Shown here piece by piece: positions 45,022 to 54,700 of a stretch of DNA of 59,764 nt. Source of the stretch: Bacteroidales bacterium (lineage in GTDB: Bacteria; Bacteroidota; Bacteroidia; Bacteroidales; WCHB1-69). Position numbers and translations under genes: made by a program. The notes beneath the pieces are model-generated. The model worked only from the letters and a program-made list of their open reading frames with translations. It did no database searches and was not told the origin of the DNA. Each line of letters starts with the position of its first letter. The first letter of the stretch is position 1. The stretch covers positions 1 to 59,764 of the forward strand of contig JBGUMF010000063.1 in the NCBI GenBank assembly GCA_045116675.1, read 5' to 3'.

Positions 45022-46488
45022 TTATTTCTTTTTCTTTACAGGTTCGCAGGTGAGGCCGATACCTAACTTTTTGAATATCTTGTGGTCCACCTCGCTGAGC
45101 ATGACGGTGGTATGTGCTTGGCATCCTTGTAGTTGCGGAAGGCATTCCAGTGCTTTCCGGCACTTTTCGTCATGCAGGCTGAGCATGGAGAGGGCCACCA
45201 GCACCTCGTCGGTATGCAGGCGCGGGTTGTGCCCGTGCAGCAGGTTGACCTTGGTCTTCTGGATGGGCTCTATCATCTCCTGCGGGATCAGTTTCACGCT
45301 GTGGTCAATGCCGGCCAGGTGTTTGGTGGCGTTGAGCAGCAGGGCAGCACTGGGACCCAGCAGCGGGCTGGTCTTTGCCGTAATGATGGAGCCGTCGGCC
45401 AGCTCGATGGCGGAGGAGGCCAGGCCCGTCTCTTCCTTGCGTTGGCGCGCCGCCACGATGGTCTTGCGGTTGTCGGTGGTGACCTGCGCCCGTTTCAGCA
45501 GCAGGGATATCTTGTTGACCTCGTTTTCGGTGGCCTTGCCGTCCACCACATTGCATAAGGCCGTGAAATAGCGGCGGATGATCTCATCCTTGGAGGCCTC
45601 GCAGCACACTTCGTCATCGGAAATGCAGTATCCGGCCATGTTCACCCCCATGTCGGTGGGCGACTTGTACGGGTTTTCGCCGTAGATGCCCTCGAAAATG
45701 GCGTTCAGGACGGGGAATATCTCGATGTCGCGGTTGTAGTTGACCGCCATTTTGTCGTAGGCTTCCAGATGGAAGGGGTCGATCATGTTCACGTCATCCA
45801 GATCGGCGGTGGCGGCTTCGTAGGCGATGTTGACGGGATGTTTCAGCGAAAGGTTCCAGATGGGGAAGGTTTCGAATTTGGCGTAGCCGGCCTTGATGCC
45901 GCGCTGGTTCTCCTGGTAGAGCTGGCTCAGACACACGGCCATCTTGCCGCTGCCGGGGCCGGGAGCCGTGACCACCACGAGCGGTCGGGTGGTCTGCACG
46001 TATTCGTTGCGCCCAAAACCCTCGTCGGAATCAATGAGATCGACGTTGGTGGGGTATCCTTCTATAATATAATGGTAATAGACGCTGATGCCGAGGCGCT
46101 CCAGCCGTTCGCGGTAGGCAATGGCACTGGCCTGCCCGTTGTAGTGGGTGATGACCACGCCGCTGACCAGGAATCCCCGCTCCATGAAGATGTCACGCAG
46201 ACGCAGCACATCTTCATCGTAGGTGATGCCAAGGTCGCCCCGGATTTTGTTCTTCTCGATGTCCACCGCACTGATCACGATGATGATCTCCGCATCGTTC
46301 TGCAATTGCATCAACATCCGCAGCTTACTGTCAGGTTGGAAACCGGGAAGCACACGACTGGCATGGAAGTCATCATACAACTTCCCTCCGAATTCCAGAT
46401 AAAGTTTGTGCCCGAATTGAGCGATGCGCTCCTTGATGTGCTCTGATTGGATTTTCAGATACTTCCCGTTGTCAAAACCTATTTTCAT
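45022..46488 (-). CDS. DUF1846 family protein
   Basis: KLYLEFGGKL.DD.HASRVLPG, APGPGSGKMA, YEAATADL.DVNMIDPFH. Confidence 0.92.
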   Translation of the reverse strand: MKIGFDNGKYLKIQSEHIKERIAQFGHKLYLEFGGKLYDDFHASRVLPGFQPDSKLRMLMQLQNDAEIIIVISAVDIEKNKIRGDLGITYDEDVLRLRDIFMERGFLVSGVVITHYNGQASAIAYRERLERLGISVYYHYIIEGYPTNVDLIDSDEGFGRNEYVQTTRPLVVVTAPGPGSGKMAVCLSQLYQENQRGIKAGYAKFETFPIWNLSLKHPVNIAYEAATADLDDVNMIDPFHLEAYDKMAVNYNRDIEIFPVLNAIFEGIYGENPYKSPTDMGVNMAGYCISDDEVCCEASKDEIIRRYFTALCNVVDGKATENEVNKISLLLKRAQVTTDNRKTIVAARQRKEETGLASSAIELADGSIITAKTSPLLGPSAALLLNATKHLAGIDHSVKLIPQEMIEPIQKTKVNLLHGHNPRLHTDEVLVALSMLSLHDEKCRKALECLPQLQGCQAHTTVMLSEVDHKIFKKLGIGLTCEPVKKKK

Positions 46489-46634
46489 AATAGTGCTGAT
46501 TAATAACGGGGTGCAAATATATGTTTTTTTCTTTCACTCTGCCAACCATTTGGGAAAAAACTGAAAAAATATTTTTGTATTTTTGCAACTCGTAAAAGTG
46601 TTTACTTTTTTATAAAATAATAATTGAAAATCCT

Positions 46635-47849
46635 TTGCTTATGGTGAGTGTTTACCTTATGATTGCCGGATATTTCATCCTGCCGGTTCTAATAATTTTG
46701 CTTTTCAATAAGAAGAAATGGGCCCAGAAGTTCGGGACGGTTATTTTGGCGTATGCGGCGGGTATTGTCATCGCGCTATTGAATACGGCGTTCGGATTCT
46801 TCCCTGCGGAGGGTGAGGCGGGTGCCGAGCTGCTCACGACCGTGCAGAAGAACCTGATGAGCGTTTGCGTGCCCTTGGCCATCCCCCTCATGCTCTTTAA
46901 TTCGGATTTCAAACTCTGGACCAAGTCGCTGCCCAAGACACTGGCAGTGCTCGTGGGTGGCGTCATCTCCGTGGCCATTGCGCTGGTGGCCGGATACTTC
47001 ATCTTCCAGACCCGTGACTTCGGCTCCGCCGAGGAGTTCAAGAAGGCGGCGGTGATGATGACCGGCATCTATACCGGCGGCACCATGAATTTCGCGGCCC
47101 TTGGAGAGATGGTCCATGCCGATCCCAACACGATCAGCATCACGCTGGCCTTCGAGGAAATCATCACCCTGCCGCTCATTATCTTTATCCTCGCCGGCGG
47201 TTACAAGTTTTTCCGCAAACTGCTGCCATTCAAGGATGAAACCTCTCTTACTGAACAGGATGAACATACCGATGTGGCGGAAGGCACCTTCGAGAACTAT
47301 CAGGGAATGCTTAAGGGCAAGACCTTTGGCAAGATGATGCTCGGCCTTTTGCTCTCCATCCTGATGCTTGGTGTGGGAGTGGGTCTCTCTCTGCTGATTG
47401 TTGGTAAAATCAACGAGTTGATTGTTATCCTCACGATTACCACATTGGCGATTATCGCCTCTTTCAGCAAGAAAATCCGTTCATTGCCCAAGACCTTTGA
47501 ATTGGGTATGTTCTTCATCCTCATCTTCAGCGTGGTGGTGGCCTCCATGTTCGACATTACCAAGATAGACCACTCATCCCTGAACATCATGTGGTTCATC
47601 CTGTTTGTGATGGTGACCTCCATTGTGCTGCATTTGCTCTTCTGCCGTCTGTTCAAGGTGAGTGGCGATTTGTTCACAGTGGGACATATCAGTCTGCTTT
47701 GCTCGCCGCCGTTTGTTCCTCCTATCGTAGAGGCTCTCGGCAACCGTAAAGTACTGATCAGCGGTATTGCCATCGGTTTGGTGGGGTATGCCCTCGGCAC
47801 CTACCTGGGCTCGATTTTCGCCACGCTGCTGGGGCTGCCATTGTTTTAG
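46635..47849 (+). CDS. DUF819 family membrane protein
   Basis: About 12 TM helices; PLAIPL.LF, G.YTGGT.NF, CSPPFVP, GYA.G.YLG. Confidence 0.85.
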   Translation: MLMVSVYLMIAGYFILPVLIILLFNKKKWAQKFGTVILAYAAGIVIALLNTAFGFFPAEGEAGAELLTTVQKNLMSVCVPLAIPLMLFNSDFKLWTKSLPKTLAVLVGGVISVAIALVAGYFIFQTRDFGSAEEFKKAAVMMTGIYTGGTMNFAALGEMVHADPNTISITLAFEEIITLPLIIFILAGGYKFFRKLLPFKDETSLTEQDEHTDVAEGTFENYQGMLKGKTFGKMMLGLLLSILMLGVGVGLSLLIVGKINELIVILTITTLAIIASFSKKIRSLPKTFELGMFFILIFSVVVASMFDITKIDHSSLNIMWFILFVMVTSIVLHLLFCRLFKVSGDLFTVGHISLLCSPPFVPPIVEALGNRKVLISGIAIGLVGYALGTYLGSIFATLLGLPLF

Positions 47850-47898
47850 TATGTAGAAATTTTGTAATATTGCCAAAATAGTTGGCGGAAGAAAAAAA

Positions 47899-47926
47899 GT
47901 AGAGACGGAGCGCGCCCCGTCTCTAC
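47899..47926. repeat. GTAG-type REP palindrome, with A/T flanks that could make a bidirectional terminator
   Basis: AAAAA-GTAGAGACGG-N8-CCGTCTCTAC-TTTTT between convergent genes. Confidence 0.85.
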
Positions 47927-48023
47927 TTTTTATAATGAATATTACCAAAAATAAGGTGATGTTATCAAAGAATTAGAAATGTTGGTGTATGACACACTGT
48001 TTTTTGGGGGATAAGACCCCGCC

Positions 48024-48590
48024 TTAAAACCTATGTTCATACCCGACTCGCAGCATGATGGTGTACCTCGGGAAGCCAATGGATAACCGGCCATTGTCGT
48101 TGACCTCTTGCCAGTTACAGAAGAGTGTGCCATGTACGCCTATAGTCAGTTTGTCTTGTTTTGTCAAGCTGATACGGCCTCCCAGACCCAGAGTGCCTCC
48201 AAGGTCCAACATCTCCTTTGCATTGGCAGCGATAGGACTGTCGAAGCAGGCACCGAGCAGGATTCCTCCCTGCACATAGAAATGAGGCAGATGGAATTCC
48301 ATTTCCACCGGGATCATCATGCTATTGATGTGTTGGGGGCCGCCAATAAAGATATGTTCGTAGCGTAGCCCTGTGCGCACGCCCCAGTAGCGATGGAAGT
48401 CATAGCGCATCCCTATGCCAAGGCCAAATCCGGGAAATACATCGTTGACGAGAAATGGCACTCTGTCAATACCGCTACTTACATCGGCAGTGATGTTGTA
48501 TCCTTTTTGAAATTCAGAACTGGGGTTCTGGGCCTCTGCCGGGAGCACAGCCCATAGGCATAAACATAAAAATGGGAGGAATCTTTTCAT
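48024..48590 (-). CDS. Small outer-membrane beta-barrel protein
   Basis: Signal peptide, amphipathic strands, IP motif, terminal GYEHRF. Confidence 0.7.
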   Translation of the reverse strand: MKRFLPFLCLCLWAVLPAEAQNPSSEFQKGYNITADVSSGIDRVPFLVNDVFPGFGLGIGMRYDFHRYWGVRTGLRYEHIFIGGPQHINSMMIPVEMEFHLPHFYVQGGILLGACFDSPIAANAKEMLDLGGTLGLGGRISLTKQDKLTIGVHGTLFCNWQEVNDNGRLSIGFPRYTIMLRVGYEHRF

Positions 48591-48639
48591 TTGATGAGGG
48601 ATATTAAAACCCGTGCAAAAGTATAAAATATTTTCTTTT

Positions 48640-48673
48640 AAAAAAAATAACGCCTCGTTGTGGGAGGCGTTAT
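48640..48673 (-). terminator. Intrinsic terminator after rpsS
   Basis: 10-bp stem ATAACGCCTC/GAGGCGTTAT followed by a U-tract on the minus strand. Confidence 0.85.
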
Positions 48674-48731
48674 GCGTATAGTGTGATAATTGAATATCGA
48701 AGGAAGGAAGCGGGTTCTGAACAGTTTAGTA

Positions 48732-49010
48732 CTATTTGGAACCTTTGTCTTTTTGTCCTGCGTGTCCGCGGAAGATACGGGTGGGGGCAAATTCGCCGAG
48801 TTTGTGGCCGACCATGTTTTCGGTTACATACACGGGGATGAATTTGTTGCCGTTGTGGACAGCGATGGTAAGGCCGACGAAGTCAGGGGAAATCATGGAA
48901 GCGCGGGACCATGTCTTGATGGTGCTCTTCTTGCCGGATTCCTGGGCGGCGATCACACGTTGTTCCAGTTTGTAATGTATATACGGACCTTTTTTTAATG
49001 AACGACTCAT
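48732..49010 (-). CDS. rpsS: 30S ribosomal protein S19
   Basis: [28 protein letters not shown]. Confidence 0.98.
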   Translation of the reverse strand: MSRSLKKGPYIHYKLEQRVIAAQESGKKSTIKTWSRASMISPDFVGLTIAVHNGNKFIPVYVTENMVGHKLGEFAPTRIFRGHAGQKDKGSK

Positions 49011-49027
49011 AATGTTAGGATTTTAGA

Positions 49028-49852
49028 TTATTTCTTTCTTCTTTCGATGATGTATTGTGAAGAGTTCTTCTTCGGATGTCTGGTCTTATAACCCTTAGCA
49101 GGCATACCCTTGCGGGAGCGAGGATGACCACCGGAGGCGCGGCCTTCACCACCACCCATGGGGTGATCGACAGGGTTCATGACGACACCACGGTTGCGCG
49201 GACGTCTGCCCAGCCAGCGGCTTCTACCGGCCTTACCGGAGACTTCGAGGCTGTGGTCACCGTTGGACACGATGCCGATGGTGGCCTTGCAGGCGCAGAG
49301 GATCATACGGGTCTCGCCGGAAGGCAGCTTGATGACAGCGTATTTGCCTTCGCGGGACATCAGCTGGGCGTAGGAGCCGGCGCTGCGGGCGATCTTGGCA
49401 CCCTGGCCCGGACGCATCTCGATATTGTGGATGATGGAGCCGAAGGGGATCTCGCCGATGGGCAGACAGTTGCCCAGGTCGGGGGAGACGCCTGCACCGC
49501 TGACGATGACCTGGCCGACCTTCATGCCGTGGGGAGCCACGATGTAGCGTTTCTCGCCGTCTGCGTAGAACACCAACGCGATACGGGCAGAACGGTTGGG
49601 GTCGTATTCAATCGTCTTCACTGTGGCAGGGATACCGTCCTTCTCTCTCTTGAAGTCGATGATACGGTACATCTGCTTGTGGCCGCCACCGCGGTAGCGG
49701 ACCGTCATTTTACCACTGTTGTTTCTTCCGCCTGTCCGGTGTTTCGGACACAACAGGCTCTTTTCCGGCCTGTTGGTGGTAATGTCATCAAATGCGCTTA
49801 TCACTTTGAAGCGCTGACCCGGCGTTACTGGTTTGTACTTTTTTAATGCCAT
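49028..49852 (-). CDS. rplB: 50S ribosomal protein L2
   Basis: [28 protein letters not shown]. Confidence 0.99.
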   Translation of the reverse strand: MALKKYKPVTPGQRFKVISAFDDITTNRPEKSLLCPKHRTGGRNNSGKMTVRYRGGGHKQMYRIIDFKREKDGIPATVKTIEYDPNRSARIALVFYADGEKRYIVAPHGMKVGQVIVSGAGVSPDLGNCLPIGEIPFGSIIHNIEMRPGQGAKIARSAGSYAQLMSREGKYAVIKLPSGETRMILCACKATIGIVSNGDHSLEVSGKAGRSRWLGRRPRNRGVVMNPVDHPMGGGEGRASGGHPRSRKGMPAKGYKTRHPKKNSSQYIIERRKK

Positions 49853-49857
49853 TGCTC

Positions 49858-50148
49858 TTAAATGTTACTGTAAAAATCGATTTTTTGATCCTTGTCCACG
49901 AACACGTAGGCCTTCTTGAAGTTGTTCTTTTGACCTGTTATGACGCCAGCCTTAGTATTACGGTTCGAGACTTTACCGCGTTGGATCAGAGTGTTCACGC
50001 GGACTACTTTAACACCATAAACGGCCTCCACTTCGCGCTTGATTTCGGGTTTGGTAGCCTCGCGGGTCACCATGAAACCGTAGCGGTTGTATTTTTCAGC
50101 CGTCTGCGTCATTTTTTCGCTGATGATGGGTTTTATAATGATACTCAT
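49858..50148 (-). CDS. rplW: 50S ribosomal protein L23
   Basis: [25 protein letters not shown]. Confidence 0.97.
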   Translation of the reverse strand: MSIIIKPIISEKMTQTAEKYNRYGFMVTREATKPEIKREVEAVYGVKVVRVNTLIQRGKVSNRNTKAGVITGQKNNFKKAYVFVDKDQKIDFYSNI

Positions 50149-50175
50149 TGTTGTTTCTTTTTAAGGTTTTGAAAA

Positions 50176-50805
50176 TTATTCGCCTAACATTTTCTCCAGC
50201 TCGTGCAGGCTGTTCTCACAGATGATGAGGTGGCCGGCGTTGAGCACATGGTAGGTGTTGGCCTCGATGGCGCGCATCACGCGGGTGCGTTGCAGGTTGC
50301 GGGCGGAAAGCACCACGTTGCGGTTCGTCTCCGGCGTGAGCAGCAGGGTCTTCTGACCTTCCAGGTTGAGGTTCTTGAGCATCTCCTTGTAAGCCTTGGT
50401 CTTGGGGGCGTCGAAGGTGAAGTCCTCCACCACGGTGATCTTGCCTTCCTGCTGTTTGTAGGTGAGGGCGGAGAAACGGGCCACTCTCTTCAGCTTCTTG
50501 TTCAGCTTGAAGGAGTAGTCTCTCGGGTGCGGTCCGAACACGGTGGCACCGCCGCGGATGGTCGGGCTCTTGATGCTACCGGCACGTGCGCCGCCCGTGC
50601 CCTTCTGGCGTTTCAGCTTGCGGGTACTACCGGAAACGGTGGAGCGCTCCAGCGTGTCATGTGTGCCTTGTCTTTGGTTGGCCAAATATTGTTTCACGTC
50701 AAGCCAGATGGCGTGATCGTTGGGTTCCACATTGAAGATCTGATCGTTCAGGGTAACCGTTCTTGCAGTCGAACTGCCGTCTATTTTATATACTGTTAGC
50801 TCCAT
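50176..50805 (-). CDS. rplD: 50S ribosomal protein L4
   Basis: [18 protein letters not shown]...FGP.PRDY. Confidence 0.98.
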   Translation of the reverse strand: MELTVYKIDGSSTARTVTLNDQIFNVEPNDHAIWLDVKQYLANQRQGTHDTLERSTVSGSTRKLKRQKGTGGARAGSIKSPTIRGGATVFGPHPRDYSFKLNKKLKRVARFSALTYKQQEGKITVVEDFTFDAPKTKAYKEMLKNLNLEGQKTLLLTPETNRNVVLSARNLQRTRVMRAIEANTYHVLNAGHLIICENSLHELEKMLGE

Positions 50806-51425
50806 CTTTCAATAATTAAATAAGATCCGTTGGCTCCGGGTACAGAACCTTTAACTACTAATAAATTCTTTTCCTTGACAATCTTCAGAATCTGAAGGTT
50901 GATGACCTTGACCTTTGCATTACCCATGTGGCCGGCCATACGCATGCCCTTGAACACGCGGGAAGGGTAGGAGGAGGCACCCATGGAACCGGGAGCTCTC
51001 AGACGGTTGTGCTGGCCGTGCGTGGCATCGCCCACACCACCGAATCCGTGACGCTTCACAACGCCCTGGAAACCCTTACCTTTCGAAGTGCCGCTGACAT
51101 CCACGAACTCGCCCTCTTCGAAAACAGTGACGTCCAGAACTTCACCGAAGCTCTTCTTGTGACCTTCCTCGAAACGGGTGAACTCATGTAAGATCTTTTT
51201 CGGCGTGGTGCCCGCCTTGGCGAAATGACCCTTCAAAGGTTTCGTCGTGTTTTTCTCTTTCTTTTCGTCGTAGCCCAATTGGATGGCGCTGTAACCATCG
51301 TTCTCGATGGTCTTGACTTGCGTAACCACGCAAGGACCAGCCTCTATCACTGTGCACGGCACGATCTTGCCGGAGGCATCGTAGATGCTAGTCATACCAA
51401 TTTTTTTTCCTATTAATCCTGACAT
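50796..51425 (-). CDS. rplC: 50S ribosomal protein L3
   Basis: [42 protein letters not shown]. Confidence 0.99.
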   Translation of the reverse strand: MSGLIGKKIGMTSIYDASGKIVPCTVIEAGPCVVTQVKTIENDGYSAIQLGYDEKKEKNTTKPLKGHFAKAGTTPKKILHEFTRFEEGHKKSFGEVLDVTVFEEGEFVDVSGTSKGKGFQGVVKRHGFGGVGDATHGQHNRLRAPGSMGASSYPSRVFKGMRMAGHMGNAKVKVINLQILKIVKEKNLLVVKGSVPGANGSYLIIERWS

Positions 51426-51545
51426 TTTTAGTTGGTTTGTTAATAAATTGATGTTTTTAGCGCATTTTCGTAAACCATTCTTTCGTGATAACGCCCTGAC
51501 ACAGACGGGGTTATCAGCTCTTTGCGGTTTATTTTAATGAGCCTG

Positions 51546-51553
51546 CAAATATA
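51546..51553 (-). promoter_or_regulatory. -7 box TATATTTG for the rplC operon
   Basis: TAnnTTTG match ~120 nt upstream of rplC; a divergent TATCTTTG box at 51667-51674 serves the macroglobulin gene. Confidence 0.65.
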
Positions 51554-51701
51554 CACTTTTTTTGATATGTAATATGCTAAGACAAAAATATTTATAAAAA
51601 AATTTCCTTCTGCCAATATCTGCAACCATTCGGCTTTTCTGTATCAGAATGATGATAAAAAGTTGTTATCTTTGCACCCTTATTATATTATTGTATAAAA
51701 C

Positions 51702-54700
51702 ATGACCTCCCGTTCTCGAACAATCCAACTGCTTTTCCTGCTTGTGTGCGTGTGCACGGCCGCGTGGACGCAGGCCCAGCCGCGTGCCGACAGCCGCTCC
51801 TTCGGGCATCTGTGGACGCTGTACGACGGCATCCGGCAAAGCTATGTGCGCGACCGGCGGGTGATGCTCGACACCATCCAGTGGAAAGCCGAAGCGGAAC
51901 ATGACGCCTACCAGCTTTTCATCGTGAACCACAAACGGCTGATGCTTGGCCGCCAGCAACAGGACTTAAGCCTGCAGGAGGCGGTGCTTTGGCTCGACTC
52001 GATGCGGCGCGACAATGTGGCCGCCCGCTGGAACGACCCCGACAGCACCATCTACCGTTCCTTGTATCACTATCTTACCGGATTGCTTTTGGCCACAAAC
52101 CGACCATCCAACCCCAAAACGATGACTATCCACCCAGCCACTTTCCGGAATATGGAGGAGTGGTCGGGAGAAAATTTTCGCGAGGAGACAAAAAGAGCGT
52201 ATGCCGCCTGCTTTGCCGGCCTGCCCAAAGCCATCCCCTTGCACACGCACCGGTGGGACTTCCTGCTGGTCACCATTCCGGAAACCCGTCCGCTGCGCCC
52301 AACCCTCAATGATGTGCTGTGCCAGAGCTTTGTCTCTACGTTTGGTGATGAGTATCCTGAGCTTGCCAACGCCTGGGTGGATGAGGCTATGGCTGCCCAC
52401 ACGGAACGCAACATCCTCATTGATTATGAAATACAGCGCTTGCATTATACATTCCCCCATGTGCAGGAAAATGTGGACACCTCTGCCGGCTGGCGGATGC
52501 TCGACTCGCTGGAACAGAAATACGGGCCGGATATCGCTTTCGACTATGAGCGTGGACTGCAGCTCGCCGTGGCCTACCAGCTCACGGATCGGGAGTCGGA
52601 CTACATGGATCGCGCTGTCGGATACTTTGACAAGGTAATCCGGCAGAGTGGAACAGACGAAAGCGGTAATCCCCTGCTGCATCTTTATGGGCAGAATGCC
52701 GCCTACTACTTAGACAAACTCACCCGTCCGAGGCTGACACTCGTCAATGCCTCTTTGGATCTTCCTCTTGGTCACAAATTGCGCATCCCGATACAGTACA
52801 GCAACTTGGAGACGATTTACGTCAGCGTTTACCCGTCCTCGGATATTGTTTCGTATAATAATCATGGTAAAGAAGTTAAGGGATGGAAGATTGAATCTTT
52901 TCAGACCTATTTTAAATGGGATGAATTTTTTGAAAAAAAGATCTGTACCCAGCGTTTTGATTTGGCGGGGGCGGGTCGCTTTGCCACCACGGAATTGTGG
53001 ATGGATTCCCTGCCGGTGGGGAATTACCGTTTTTTCTTTCATACCAAGCCCGAATTGGATGAGGCAGGAGTGCTGATGGAGGCTGATTTCCGGGTAACCC
53101 GACTCAAACTCTCCACGTGGTCCGTGATGAGGAAAAAGGGCGTTATCGCTGTGAATGATCGTCGCACTGGCGAACCGCTGCCCGGAAAATGGGGACGGGG
53201 TGCGAATATGATCCTGTTCCCACATCTGTCCAACCGGTTTGGCGAAATACGCTACGCGAGAGGTTTAGGTTATCGGGACCCATGTTCTGTTTATGATAAA
53301 AAGGTGGCCTATAGCACTACCGACTGGGAACAAGTTGATCCGTTTTCACTTTTTCATCACCATGGATATTCTGTGCGGGCACACTTGTTCACCGATAGGA
53401 CTCTATACCGTCCTGGACAGACCGTCCATTTCAAGTATGTGTTGTCGAAAAAAGGTAAGGCGTTGAGAAATGTGCCGGTGATGGCCATTCTGGAGAATCT
53501 CAGCTCTACTACGTCAGATACGATGCTACTTACCACATCGGAGTACGGAAGTGTTTCTGGGGAGTTCCGACTGCCGTCGGTGGTTGGTAAAAGCCTATTG
53601 CTCGTAGTCCCTGTGTCGAAGAAGACTAAAACGCAGCGCCGGTATTATGCCTTATCAGAAATAAAAAAAATAGAGGTGGCCGAGTACAAGCTGCCCACCT
53701 TCAAGGTCCGTCTCGAATCGGATTCGCAGCAGGTGGCCGCCGGCGACACGTTCACCATCTGCGGCAAGGTTACTGCGCTCAACGGGGTGCCCGTCGGGAA
53801 TGCCGCTGTGGTGTTGAATGTGAAGACGAATTTCACCGAAAAGCAAGAACGGTTAGATGTCGTTACGGAGCAGGACGGACGTTTTGCCTATCGATACCCC
53901 GTAGCTCGGAACACGTATCGCCTGGATGTGGAGGCCATTGTGACAGACCTCAATGGCGAGACCCACAGCGACAACAGCATGGTGATGATTCCCCAAGAAT
54001 TGCTGACCATCAGCCTGTTGGGCGACAAGGATGTGGATTTGGCCTGGAATGATACGGCCCGTTGGCGGGTGACGGCGGTCAACTACCGCGACATTGTCCA
54101 GAATGTGCCGCTGCGCATCACCGTTGTGCGGCTGGACGCCCCGAAAGAGTACCGTGTTCCCGCCTTCGATAAAACACCGGCCTACTGGCGGCCCTTGCAC
54201 AGCGAGGAAGAGTACGCGCGTGAATTTCCGTATCTAACCTTCGATCTTCATGCGAACGATGCTGCCTACTGGCCTGCGTTGGACACCTGTTTCCGAGGAA
54301 TGACAATGTCTTCAGCGGATTCGTTGCTGAAAATAATGGTAAAAGATTGGAAAATCGGGAATTATAAGATGTTGGTAGATGGTCATGACAAGAAAGGGAA
54401 TGATGTTACAAAGACTACATTTTTTACTATTAACAACTCATCTCGAACGGATTTCCTGACATTCCAGCCCATCCGTGCGAAATTTATATCTGTACCCCCA
54501 AAGAAAGGGAAACCGCTGCAAATAAGCGTGGGTAGCAGTCTTGACAAGGCCGTTATGGTCTGCGATGTCTATCAAGGGAAACGTAGGATAAAGACATGGA
54601 GCATCCCGCTCAATCGCGAGCAGAAGACCGTGAAGGTGAGGACGCGCAGCACCGGGAACCGCGGGCTCAGCCTCTGCGCACGCATTGTGCAGAACGGACA

